Part shown: positions 20,115 through 29,710 of the stretch, one piece after another | Position numbering within the stretch: the stretch's first letter is position 1 | Layout: each line of letters starts with the position of its first letter | Virus record (IMG/VR): IMGVR_UViG_3300032283_000551 | Span: 13,042-77,041 of that record | Length of the DNA: 64,000 nucleotides | Reading direction: 5' to 3' (one strand) | Source: a virus | Lineage: Duplodnaviria > Caudoviricetes | Translations under genes and position numbers: made by a program | The notes under the pieces: generated by a model | What the model was told of the DNA's origin: nothing | Seen by the model: the letters and a program-made list of their open reading frames with translations, nothing else | Database searches by the model: none

Positions 20115-20935
20115 TGTTCTCTACTACACCTTTTTACTTTTCATTAATTCGTAAGTATATTATACTATTCGGAACTTTGTTTAATAACATTCGTATCTCT
20201 AGAACAGATAAGGATGGCAATGTTACTATGATTGAGCGTGTGCCAATCACCTATGGACCAAAAGATAAAATGTTAGCCCGTGTAATTCAGGATCCAAATA
20301 TTGATCGACCAACGGCCACATATCCATTGCCTATGATGGCTTTTGAAATGACTAGTTTTGATTATGATGGAACAAGAAAACTACAGACAATCAATCGAAT
20401 TGCTGTAGTAAATCCTGATGATAAATCCAAGAATAAATATCAGTATAATCCAGTACCATATAATATTGGATTCCGTCTAAGTATTCTAGTAAAAAATGCC
20501 GAGGATGGCAATAAAATTGTAGAACAAATTCTACCGTATTTTACACCAGATTGGACAACTACTGTGCATCTTATTCCAGAGATGAATGTAACGATGGATA
20601 TTCCTGTTGTACTTAATAATATCAGTCTAGAAGATGTTTATGACGGTGAATTTGACAAACGTAGATCGTTAGTTTGGAATCTTGATTTTACGCTCAAGGG
20701 TTATATTTACGGACCAGTTAAATCTACTAAGATTATTAAATTTACAAATACCGAATTTTTTGTAGCTACCGGTGATAATATTCGAGAAGCTAATGCGGCC
20801 GCAGCATATGTACAAGTTCAACCAGGACTTACAGCAAATGGCAAACCAACATCAAATGCTAGTTTGTCGATACCAGTTGCAAATATTGTAGCTACTGACA
20901 CATTTGGATATGTGACTTCTATTACGGAACCTTAA
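20114..20935 (+). CDS. gp15: Tail terminator / sheath stabiliser gp15
   Basis: FGTLFNNI...VPITYGPKDKMLAR...LPMMAFEMTSFDYDGTRK...EQILPYFTP. Confidence 0.95.
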   Translation: MFSTTPFYFSLIRKYIILFGTLFNNIRISRTDKDGNVTMIERVPITYGPKDKMLARVIQDPNIDRPTATYPLPMMAFEMTSFDYDGTRKLQTINRIAVVNPDDKSKNKYQYNPVPYNIGFRLSILVKNAEDGNKIVEQILPYFTPDWTTTVHLIPEMNVTMDIPVVLNNISLEDVYDGEFDKRRSLVWNLDFTLKGYIYGPVKSTKIIKFTNTEFFVATGDNIREANAAAAYVQVQPGLTANGKPTSNASLSIPVANIVATDTFGYVTSITEP

Positions 20936-20936
20936 T

Positions 20937-21386
20937 ATGAATGATGATGACATTAATGATGATGATAACGAAAATCCAATTGATAGAGCTTTGAATTTAG
21001 GGCCAATTAATCAAACTTATGGTAAAACAATATCATCAATTATTAGCCAAGCACGTGATGATTCTGCTGATGAAGACTTTACATTTGCTAGAGCAAATAT
21101 CCGTGAGGTTATTGAAAATGGTACCGATGCCATATCCAAACTTACTATAATTGCTCAACAGTCACAGAATCCTAGGGCATATGAAGTATTAGCTAAATTG
21201 ATGGATACTGTTGCAAATGCCTCAAGAGAATTGCTTGAACTTCAGGAAAAGATCCGATCAATTGATAAATCAGACATACCTCGTGATGAAGAGGCAAAGA
21301 GTCAGGTCACCAACAATTTGTTTGTTGGCTCAACTCATGAATTACAAAAGATGATTGAAAATATGAGAAATAGATCTATTAAATAA
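20937..21386 (+). CDS. gp16: Terminase small subunit gp16
   Basis: DFTFARANI...PRAYEV...NNLFVGSTHELQK. Confidence 0.95.
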   Translation: MNDDDINDDDNENPIDRALNLGPINQTYGKTISSIISQARDDSADEDFTFARANIREVIENGTDAISKLTIIAQQSQNPRAYEVLAKLMDTVANASRELLELQEKIRSIDKSDIPRDEEAKSQVTNNLFVGSTHELQKMIENMRNRSIK

Positions 21387-21406
21387 TTCATATTATGTCA
21401 TAGACT

Positions 21407-21435
21407 ATTATAACACAGTACAAGAATGTTGTCAA
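21407..21435 (-). promoter_or_regulatory. Antisense sigma70-type promoter
   Basis: Minus strand reads GTTGACA-acattcttgtactgtgt(17)-TATAAT. Confidence 0.65.
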
Positions 21436-23111
21436 CAAAAATGAATACTAATGCAGAAATAATTCCAAATTTTAAAGCTTATATGGGCAATCCTAATTTA
21501 AAACGAGCAGGGATTGACGTAAATTGGACACCGACCATGATCGAAGAGATGGTCAAGTGTTCACAAGATGTTGTATATTTTGTTAGTAATTATATGAAGA
21601 TTGTCAACGTTGATAAAGGTTTAATTCCTTTTACACCGTATGATTATCAGATTGAAATGCTTAAAGCCATGGCCGAAAATCGCTATAATATTATGGCGAC
21701 CTCACGACAGGCTGGTAAATCTACCACAACATGTGCTTTTATTTTATGGTATATTCTTTTCAATAATGATAAAAACGTGGCTCTGCTTGCTAACAAAGCG
21801 GATACGGCACGTGAAATTCTAGGTAAAATTCAATTAGCGTATCAGCATCTTCCAAAATGGATGCAACATGGTATTCTTGAATGGAACAAAGGTTCGTTTG
21901 TTCTTGAAAATAATAGTAGAGTTCTTGCTACCGCCACATCAGCCGATAACATTCGTGGTTTCAGTATTAATCTTCTATTCATTGACGAAGCCGCATTCAT
22001 TGATAACTGGGATGAATTCTTTACCTCAGTTTATCCTACGATTTCATCTGGTAATACATCACAGGTTATTCTTGTTTCAACACCAAATGGTTTAAATCAC
22101 TTTTATGCCATTTGGCAAAATGCATTAGAAAATAAGAATAATTATAAACCTATTTTGGTGAAATGGGATAGAGTTCCGGGACGTGACGAAAAATGGAGAA
22201 AAGACACATTAGCGGGTATTAACTTTGATACTGAAAAGTTTGCACAGGAATTTGAAGTAGAATTTCAAGGATCATCTGGTACTCTTATTGCCGGTTGGAA
22301 GTTAAAAGAACTTGTTTATAAAACACCTCTTCATGCCAAGGATGGGTTGAAACTTTATGATTCGCCTGAAAAGAATAAACAATATGTTTGTGTGGCTGAC
22401 GTTTCGCGTGGTAAAGGTCTAGATTATTCGGCATTTAGTGTATTTGATATAAGTGCGATGCCATATAAACAAGTATGTGTTTTTAAAAGTAATATGATGA
22501 CCCCGATAGATTATGCCGATGTAATCCATAGGGTTTCCAAATCTTATAATAATGCCGGTATTCTTGTTGAAATTAATGATATTGGTGGGCAGGTAGCAGA
22601 TTCATTACATTTTGATTTTGAATATGATAATGTATTATCTACAACTGCCGGTGGTGGTAGATCGGGAAAACAAGTTACGTCAGGTTTTAGTGGTGGTAGT
22701 ACCGATAAAGGTGTTCGAACTACAAAAATTGTAAAACAAACCGGTTGTTCAATATTAAAACTTTTAATTGAAGGCAATCAGTTAATCATTAATGATCTAA
22801 GTACAATCAATGAATTATCAACTTTTTCCAAAAAAGGTAATACATATGAAGCAGAACCAGGTAAACATGATGACCTGGTAATGGGTCTTGTACTGTTTGC
22901 TTGGTTATCAGATCAACTTTATTTTAAAGAACTCACATCTATAAATACATTAGCAAATTTGCGTGAAAAAAATGACGACGAAGTTATGCAAGATCTTGCA
23001 CCGTTTGGTTTTATTCAAGATGGGACCGAGGAAAGAATCATTATCGAAGTTTCAGGTGATCGTTGGGTGGTCGTTGATACATATAATGAGCCAGAGAACA
23101 TTATTTTATAA
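21426..23111 (+). CDS. gp17: Terminase large subunit gp17
   Basis: YMGNPNLK, SRQAGKST Walker A, LLFIDE Walker B, ADVSRGKGLDYS, HDDLVM; start may be 21441. Confidence 0.97.
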   Translation: MLSTKMNTNAEIIPNFKAYMGNPNLKRAGIDVNWTPTMIEEMVKCSQDVVYFVSNYMKIVNVDKGLIPFTPYDYQIEMLKAMAENRYNIMATSRQAGKSTTTCAFILWYILFNNDKNVALLANKADTAREILGKIQLAYQHLPKWMQHGILEWNKGSFVLENNSRVLATATSADNIRGFSINLLFIDEAAFIDNWDEFFTSVYPTISSGNTSQVILVSTPNGLNHFYAIWQNALENKNNYKPILVKWDRVPGRDEKWRKDTLAGINFDTEKFAQEFEVEFQGSSGTLIAGWKLKELVYKTPLHAKDGLKLYDSPEKNKQYVCVADVSRGKGLDYSAFSVFDISAMPYKQVCVFKSNMMTPIDYADVIHRVSKSYNNAGILVEINDIGGQVADSLHFDFEYDNVLSTTAGGGRSGKQVTSGFSGGSTDKGVRTTKIVKQTGCSILKLLIEGNQLIINDLSTINELSTFSKKGNTYEAEPGKHDDLVMGLVLFAWLSDQLYFKELTSINTLANLREKNDDEVMQDLAPFGFIQDGTEERIIIEVSGDRWVVVDTYNEPENIIL

Positions 23112-23114
23112 ATA
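23107..23114 (+). promoter_or_regulatory. T4-type late promoter
   Basis: TATAAATA upstream of gp18. Confidence 0.85.
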
Positions 23115-23161
23115 AACATGAGTTTTGAAATACATTTTTTATAAAAAAAGGAGAGATAACT

Positions 23162-25273
23162 ATGGCATTTCAAGTAAGTCCAGGTGTAAATGTTACCGAG
23201 ATTGATCTTACAACGATCGTCCCTGGTGTTTCCACCACAACCGGTGCTATCGCAGGTGTTTTTAAGTGGGGTCCCGTAGGTGAACGCGTTTTAATCACCA
23301 ATGAAACAAATCTTGTTAATACATTTGGTAAGCCAAATGCTAATAACTTTGAAACATTTTTTACTGCTGCCAATTTCCTAGCATATAGTAGTGCATTATA
23401 TGTTGTTCGTGCAGCAAATACAACAAATTCAACTGCAACATCAGGTGCAATGAATGCCGTTGCTAATACAAATACAGTTACTGTTCTAAACAACGTAGTC
23501 AAGAACAGAAACGATTATCTGGCTATTCGTGACGGTAATACGTCTTCAAATGCTATGTATATTGCTAAATATCCTGGCGATCTTGGTAACAGTCTTCGTA
23601 TTTCTGTTTGCAGTAGTGTCAATGCATATAGTTCAAATTTAGCGCTTGTTGGAAACGTTACAAGTAATACTATTACCGGTTCATTTGCACTAAGTGTTGG
23701 ATCTAATACTGGCACATTCACATTCGTTTCTGATGGTGTTGTTAGTAATGCCAATACATATGCTAATACAATTGCTAATGCAATTACTGTGGGTGATTCG
23801 ATTACGGTTGGTAACACATCAATCGGCACACAAAATATGACAGTTAAAACAATTGGTTCTGTAACTGCAAACGCTTCTGTGGCTACATTTACTCTTGGTT
23901 TTGATTCATTATATAAACTATCAACAGATTATACTGCAAGCAATACCGTAAATGGTAATACAAGTGTTATTAATGTAACAAGATCTTGGCAGTTTGCAAA
24001 TCGTACGAATGGTGCACCTACAACTTCTTATTATGTTTCAAACTTTGGTAATTCAGCAGCTGTTGATACCTTACACGTAGTGGTAGTTGACCAAGATGGT
24101 CAATTCACTGGTGCACCTGGAGCTGTACTTGAAGTATACCAAAATCTATCACGTGCAACTGATGCAAAATCAGAAAATGGTGCTTCTCTTTACTATAAGA
24201 CAGTAATCAATGATACTTCTGCTTATGTATGGTGGGCAAATGACCGTTCAGGTGCACTATCAAATACAGCATTGAACATTACTTCATCAACAAATTCATC
24301 ACCTCTTACATTGGATTTTGCTGGTGGTACCGACGGATTCTCCGAAAGTACTATTCCTATGAGTTCTCTTGCAACAGCGTATGATCTGTTTAATTCTACT
24401 GAACAAGTTGATATTTCATTGGTTCTTCAAGGTAAGCCAACTGGTGGTTCTACCACTGTAAATGGTCAGACCGTTGCTAATTTCCAACTTGCTAACTATA
24501 TTATCCAAAATATTTGTGAAACACGTAAAGATTGTATCGCATTTATTTCACCGGATGATGCAACTGCTCGTTCAAACCCAGGCGCTGAGGCAACTTCAAT
24601 TGTTAATTGGTTTGGCGCTGTAGCTGATTCAACATACTATGTTTCAGATAGTTCATATAAGTACATGTATGACCGTTACAATGATGTATATCGTTATGTT
24701 CCACTCAATGGTGATATTGCCGGTCTATGTGCAAGAACAGAAACAACAAATGATGCTTGGTTTTCGCCAGCTGGATTCAATCGTGGTCAGATCAAGAATA
24801 TCGTAAAGCTGCGCTATAATCCAACACTACCTAACAGAGATCTCCTCTATAAAAACTCTGTAAATCCAATTGTAACATTCCCTGGTCAAGGTACTGTTCT
24901 ATTTGGTGATAAAACTGGTACCAAAAAGCCTTCCGCATTTGATCGCATTAACGTACGTCGTCTATTCATCACTCTTGAAAAAGCTATTTCTAATTCTTCA
25001 AGATTCTCATTGTTTGAATTTAACGATGAGTTTACAAGATCACAATTCAAAAATCTAGTTATTCCTTTTCTGCGTGACGTTCAAGCTCGACGTGGTATTA
25101 CAGACTTCCTTGTTGTTTGTGATGCTACAAATAATACACCTGAAAGAATTGATCGCAATGAATTCTGGGGTGATATTTACATCAAGCCAAATCGTTCAAT
25201 TAACTTCATTCAGTTGAACTTTGTTGCTGTTAGAACCGGTGTTCAATTCTCAACAATCGTTGGTCAATTCTAA
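23162..25273 (+). CDS. gp18: Tail sheath protein gp18
   Basis: SPGVNVTEIDLT...WFSPAGFNRGQI...DRINVRRLF...FEFNDEFTR. Confidence 0.97.
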   Translation: MAFQVSPGVNVTEIDLTTIVPGVSTTTGAIAGVFKWGPVGERVLITNETNLVNTFGKPNANNFETFFTAANFLAYSSALYVVRAANTTNSTATSGAMNAVANTNTVTVLNNVVKNRNDYLAIRDGNTSSNAMYIAKYPGDLGNSLRISVCSSVNAYSSNLALVGNVTSNTITGSFALSVGSNTGTFTFVSDGVVSNANTYANTIANAITVGDSITVGNTSIGTQNMTVKTIGSVTANASVATFTLGFDSLYKLSTDYTASNTVNGNTSVINVTRSWQFANRTNGAPTTSYYVSNFGNSAAVDTLHVVVVDQDGQFTGAPGAVLEVYQNLSRATDAKSENGASLYYKTVINDTSAYVWWANDRSGALSNTALNITSSTNSSPLTLDFAGGTDGFSESTIPMSSLATAYDLFNSTEQVDISLVLQGKPTGGSTTVNGQTVANFQLANYIIQNICETRKDCIAFISPDDATARSNPGAEATSIVNWFGAVADSTYYVSDSSYKYMYDRYNDVYRYVPLNGDIAGLCARTETTNDAWFSPAGFNRGQIKNIVKLRYNPTLPNRDLLYKNSVNPIVTFPGQGTVLFGDKTGTKKPSAFDRINVRRLFITLEKAISNSSRFSLFEFNDEFTRSQFKNLVIPFLRDVQARRGITDFLVVCDATNNTPERIDRNEFWGDIYIKPNRSINFIQLNFVAVRTGVQFSTIVGQF

Positions 25274-25298
25274 TAAATAAAGAATAGGAGTTAAATAA

Positions 25299-25889
25299 AT
25301 GGCATTCAATATTGAAGAATTTCGTAGTAAAGGCCTTACAGGGGGTGGTGCAAGACCATCCCTATTTGAGGTTGAAATTGTTGATTTTCCAATACAAGTA
25401 AATACAAATGTTTCAGAAAAATTTAAATTTACGTGTAGCGCTTCTGAAATACCTGCATCAACAATTGGGACAGTTGATGTTAGTTATTTTGGTCGTCAAA
25501 TTAAATTAGCAGGCGATCGTACATTTGCTGATTGGACTGTAACTATTCAAAATGATGAAGATTTTGCAATAAGAGCTATGTTTGAAGCCTGGTCAAACCA
25601 AATTAACCAATTGGTTGCTAATAAACAACTACCTTTTGAAGGATCAGTTCCTGGTAATAACGGTTATAAAGCCAGTGCTCTCGTAAGACAATATGGAAGA
25701 TCTGGCAAAGAAAACATTCTTAGAGAATATGAATTTGTTGGAATATTTCCAACAAGTATTGCAAATATGGCTCTTGATTGGGATGCAACAAATCGTATCC
25801 AAACATTTGACGTAACATTCTCATATGATTTTTGGATACCAACTTTACAAAACGGTATTAATATCACACCTGTTAATCCAGGATTTTAA
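25299..25889 (+). CDS. gp19: Tail tube protein gp19
   Basis: GGARPSLFEV...YFGRQIKLAGDRTFADWTVTI.NDEDF. Confidence 0.97.
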   Translation: MAFNIEEFRSKGLTGGGARPSLFEVEIVDFPIQVNTNVSEKFKFTCSASEIPASTIGTVDVSYFGRQIKLAGDRTFADWTVTIQNDEDFAIRAMFEAWSNQINQLVANKQLPFEGSVPGNNGYKASALVRQYGRSGKENILREYEFVGIFPTSIANMALDWDATNRIQTFDVTFSYDFWIPTLQNGINITPVNPGF

Positions 25890-25911
25890 TATATAATGAT
25901 GTAATGTTTAC

Positions 25912-25941
25912 TTTAGAGGGGGTTATTCCCCTCTAAATTTT
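25912..25941 (+). terminator. Hairpin/terminator between gp19 and gp20
   Basis: TTTAGAGGGG-GTTATT-CCCCTCTAAA (10 bp) followed by TTTT. Confidence 0.7.
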
Positions 25942-25951
25942 GGAAAATAAA

Positions 25952-27694
25952 ATGAAACTATTCGGCTTTGAATTTAAAAGAGATATTCCTGTAGATACAG
26001 CACCATCGTTTGCTCCTCTAGAGTCTGATGATGGTGCTGTTGTTGTTGCTGCTGGTGGTTCTTATGGTACATATATTGATCTTGATGGTACTGTAAGAAC
26101 TGAAGCCGAATTAGTCACTAAGTATAGAGAAATGTCACTGCAGCCAGAAATTGATGCTGCAGTAGATGAAATTGTCAATGAATCGATTGATATTGATGAA
26201 GAAACAATAGTTGATATTGATCTTGATGATATAGAAATATCCGATAAACTTAAAAAAGTTATCCGTGAAGAATTTCAAAATGTTCTTAGTCTATTAGATT
26301 TTAATAGAAGAGCATATGAAACATATCGTCGTTGGTATATTGATGGTAGACTTTATTATCACGTTGTAATCGATGAAACTGATACGAAAGCCGGTATTAA
26401 AGAACTTCGGTATGTTGATCCACGAAAGATCAGAAAAATTCGTGAAGTTGCTAAACGAAAAGTTCCAGGTGGTGATGGTGGTGTTGCAGTAATACCAAAA
26501 ACTCAAAATGAATATTTTATTTTTAATGACAAAGGTTTTAATTACGGTAATAAAGTTGTTGGACCTTCGACTACCGGTTTAAAGATTGCTAAAGATTCTA
26601 TTGTACATGTGATGTCTGGTTTGACGGATACACAAGGTACAATGGTTCTTTCATATATGCATAAAGCAATTAAGGCGTTAAATCAATTACGCACACTAGA
26701 AGACGCATTGGTCATTTATCGTCTTGCTCGTGCTCCAGAACGTCGTATTTGGTATATTGATGTCGGTAATCTGCCTAAGATGAAGGCAGAACAATATGTT
26801 CGCGATATTATGGTCAAGCACAAGAATCGTTTGATTTATGATGGTTCTACCGGTGAAGTTCGTGATGATAGAAAATTCATGACAATGCTTGAAGATTACT
26901 GGCTACCTCGTAGAGAAGGTGGTCGTGGTACTGAAGTCACTACACTTCCTGGCGGTCAAACTCTTGGTGAAATGGATGACGTTTTATATTTCCAAAAGAA
27001 ATTATATCAAACATTAAATGTACCAGTCAATCGTTTAAACTCTGATGCTTTATTCTCAATTGGCAGAGCAACAGAAGTTACAAGAGATGAAGTGAAGTTC
27101 TCCAAATTTATTACTCGTTTGCGTTCCAGATTTTCCACATTATTCACTCATGTATTGGAAAAACAATTAGTACTCAAACAAATCATGAGTATTGAAGATT
27201 GGGAACAAATTGAAACCAAAATTAAATATAAATTTGCTAAAGATAATTATTTTACAGAACTAAAAGATGCCGAAGTACTTCAAAATAGAACTCAGTTAAT
27301 GATGACTATGGAACAAGGTGGATTAATTGGTAAATATTATTCACATCAATGGACTCGTAGAAATATTCTGCAACAATCTGATGATGATATTGAAGAACAA
27401 GATAAAGAAATAAATATTGAGATTGAATCAGGCGATCCTCGTTGGATGAGTCCGGAACAGCAACAACAAGAAATGATGGATCAACAAAATCAACAAACCA
27501 TGATGGGTCAGCAACAATCTGATGGTGCTGCCGATACTGATGCTGGATCTTCAACTGATCCAGATAAAGCTGAAAAACTACGCCAAGCAGAATTGACTAT
27601 TAAGCAAATGAAAGAAAGGGGTGCTGATAACCGTTCTATTCAAGATGAATCTAAATATAAATCAGCTCTCCAAATTGTAGCAAGAAATAAATAG
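25952..27694 (+). CDS. gp20: Portal protein gp20
   Basis: KLFGFEF...WYIDGRLYYH...IYRLARAPERRIWYIDVGNLPK...EDYWLPRREGGRGTE. Confidence 0.98.
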   Translation: MKLFGFEFKRDIPVDTAPSFAPLESDDGAVVVAAGGSYGTYIDLDGTVRTEAELVTKYREMSLQPEIDAAVDEIVNESIDIDEETIVDIDLDDIEISDKLKKVIREEFQNVLSLLDFNRRAYETYRRWYIDGRLYYHVVIDETDTKAGIKELRYVDPRKIRKIREVAKRKVPGGDGGVAVIPKTQNEYFIFNDKGFNYGNKVVGPSTTGLKIAKDSIVHVMSGLTDTQGTMVLSYMHKAIKALNQLRTLEDALVIYRLARAPERRIWYIDVGNLPKMKAEQYVRDIMVKHKNRLIYDGSTGEVRDDRKFMTMLEDYWLPRREGGRGTEVTTLPGGQTLGEMDDVLYFQKKLYQTLNVPVNRLNSDALFSIGRATEVTRDEVKFSKFITRLRSRFSTLFTHVLEKQLVLKQIMSIEDWEQIETKIKYKFAKDNYFTELKDAEVLQNRTQLMMTMEQGGLIGKYYSHQWTRRNILQQSDDDIEEQDKEINIEIESGDPRWMSPEQQQQEMMDQQNQQTMMGQQQSDGAADTDAGSSTDPDKAEKLRQAELTIKQMKERGADNRSIQDESKYKSALQIVARNK

Positions 27695-27703
27695 GAGTGA
27701 ATA

Positions 27704-27934
27704 ATGACAGAGATTGAATATAGACTGGCGGATCTTATTAACTTTAGTTCTAGCCAAAAGCCTATTGAATTTGCAGATGCATTTAAGTCTATTATAACAG
27801 ATAGAATTTCATCAGCAATTGAAGCTCAAAAAGCCGATATTGCAAAATCAATATTTAATAATGATGGCCCTGAAGATGACGAAGATGATGAAGACTTTTT
27901 TGATGATGAAGACGATTTTGATTCAGAAGAGTAA
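27704..27934 (+). CDS. Prohead core protein, gp67-like
   Basis: Small, acidic C-terminal tail, directly after portal. Confidence 0.55.
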   Translation: MTEIEYRLADLINFSSSQKPIEFADAFKSIITDRISSAIEAQKADIAKSIFNNDGPEDDEDDEDFFDDEDDFDSEE

Positions 27935-27945
27935 GGAAAACCAAA

Positions 27946-28749
27946 ATGCCTAAGTTATTAAAAGATATTCTAAACGGCGTAAAGAAATCAAAGATAGTTC
28001 CAGGTTCTACTGGTTCAGATCCTGGTGTAGACTATGCTCCAAAAGCTCCAAACGAACAAGAGTTTGTAAAGAAGCATGAGCGTGAAAAACACGAAGATCG
28101 TGTTGGAAATGGTGACGACATTTATCAAGCCACTAATATTAAACATTCCCAAAACGATGAACCAAAGCATGGTTACAAGAAGCCACAAGATAAAAATGTA
28201 AATGAAGCCGCAAAGTGCAACATGACCGAGGAAGGTGTTTCTTGTCCAGTACATGAAATGGCCGATTGCTCTAAGGCGACAAAGACTCTTAGAGAAGTTG
28301 CTAAGAATCCATATGCTATTGGTATGGCAGTTGCTATGAAAAGTACAGGTGATAAACCACCTCTTGCAAAATCAACAATTGTAAAAGCACATGATATTGC
28401 TAAGTCAATTAAAAAGGAAGATCTAGCTGCTCCTCTACTTGGTGGTAAAGATGATGATGAATCTGCTGAAATGGCCAAGACACAACTTCGTGCACTTGCA
28501 AATAAAGCACTTCATCTTGCTATGCAGCTAGGTGATGAACAAGTAGTTGAACCATGGGTCCAAGCAAAGATTGCAGTAGCTAAGGATAACGTGACTGCAG
28601 TTCATGATTATATGGTCTATGGCGAACATTCAAAAAACAAAGAAAATGAACAAACTGCCCCATATGAAGGTGGTATCGATATGTCCGGCGCACCTAGAAA
28701 TTCATATCCGGATTTTTCAGCGGATGTAAATACAGGAAGAGTAGTTTAA
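27946..28749 (+). CDS. Prohead core-associated protein, hypothetical
   Basis: Between portal and protease; KNPYAIGMA...AHDIAKSI and LEPWVQAKI-like modules. Confidence 0.6.
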   Translation: MPKLLKDILNGVKKSKIVPGSTGSDPGVDYAPKAPNEQEFVKKHEREKHEDRVGNGDDIYQATNIKHSQNDEPKHGYKKPQDKNVNEAAKCNMTEEGVSCPVHEMADCSKATKTLREVAKNPYAIGMAVAMKSTGDKPPLAKSTIVKAHDIAKSIKKEDLAAPLLGGKDDDESAEMAKTQLRALANKALHLAMQLGDEQVVEPWVQAKIAVAKDNVTAVHDYMVYGEHSKNKENEQTAPYEGGIDMSGAPRNSYPDFSADVNTGRVV

Positions 28750-28991
28750 TGAATATTATCAAGCCAACATCTAGTCAAATTTCATTAACAACTGCCAATA
28801 CAATTAGCAATTCTCAAATTGTTTATATTAGTGCAACCGCAGCTGCTGTAATTACTGTAGCAAATAGTGGTGGTACTATTGGCACATTTACACTACCTGC
28901 AAACCAATATATCTGGGTTGCTAAAACTCCTTCTGATACAATTGCTGCTAACGTTGCAGTATTTGCTACAGCTGCGGCATATAGAGGGTAA
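28749..28991 (+). CDS. Small hypothetical protein
   Basis: TAATG overlap; 80-aa beta-rich protein before gp21. Confidence 0.6.
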   Translation: MNIIKPTSSQISLTTANTISNSQIVYISATAAAVITVANSGGTIGTFTLPANQYIWVAKTPSDTIAANVAVFATAAAYRG

Positions 28992-28992
28992 G

Positions 28993-29676
28993 ATGAAACT
29001 TATTACCGAACTAACAGAAGCAATTGATTTTGAAACTCAACTTGATGAAGCAACTGGTAGAAAGCAACATCATATTCACGGTCGCTTTCTTGTTGCTGAA
29101 GAACAAAATAAAAATGGCCGTGTATATCCAATGTCTGTATTGGAAAATGCAGTAAATAAATATAATGAAAGCCATATTAAAACAAATCGTGGTTACGGTG
29201 AATTAGGTCACCCTGCCGGTCCACAGATTAATTTAGATCGTGTATCCCATCTTATTGTTGAATTAAAGAGAGATGGTAAGAGTAATTATTTTATTGGTAA
29301 AGCAAAGTTGACTGATACTCCTATGGGTAACATTGCTAGAGGTCTTCTTGATTCTGGTGCTAATTTAGGTGTTTCTTCTCGTGGTATGGGAAGTCTTCAA
29401 TCAGAAAATGGGGTGATGATTGTACAACCTGATTTTCATCTTGCAACTGCAGCTGATATTGTAGCTGATCCATCTGCACCTAATGCTTTTGTAAAAGGTG
29501 TTATGGAAAATGTTGATTGGGTTTATGATGCGACTAATGATTCTTGGTATCAAGAGAAACTACATGAAACACGTAAACAATTAAGAACTATGCGTATGGA
29601 CGAAATTGAACATAATAAACTTGCTATTTTTGAAGGTTTCGTCAAGTCTTTATCGTCAAAAACAAATTTGTTATAA
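28993..29676 (+). CDS. gp21: Prohead protease gp21
   Basis: MKLITE...NKNGRVYP...GELGHP...GVSSRGMGS...DIVADPSAP; ATG 28993 follows AGAGG. Confidence 0.97.
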   Translation: MKLITELTEAIDFETQLDEATGRKQHHIHGRFLVAEEQNKNGRVYPMSVLENAVNKYNESHIKTNRGYGELGHPAGPQINLDRVSHLIVELKRDGKSNYFIGKAKLTDTPMGNIARGLLDSGANLGVSSRGMGSLQSENGVMIVQPDFHLATAADIVADPSAPNAFVKGVMENVDWVYDATNDSWYQEKLHETRKQLRTMRMDEIEHNKLAIFEGFVKSLSSKTNLL

Positions 29677-29679
29677 ATA
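29672..29679 (+). promoter_or_regulatory. T4-type late promoter
   Basis: TATAAATA upstream of gp22. Confidence 0.85.
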
Positions 29680-29710
29680 AAACAAATAGAATGTAAGGGA
29701 GACCTTTTTA

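Noticed and set aside
28867-28992. 42-aa N-terminal extension of gp21 from the track
   Set aside because: Overlaps the upstream gene; ATG 28993 has an RBS and gives the typical MKLITE start
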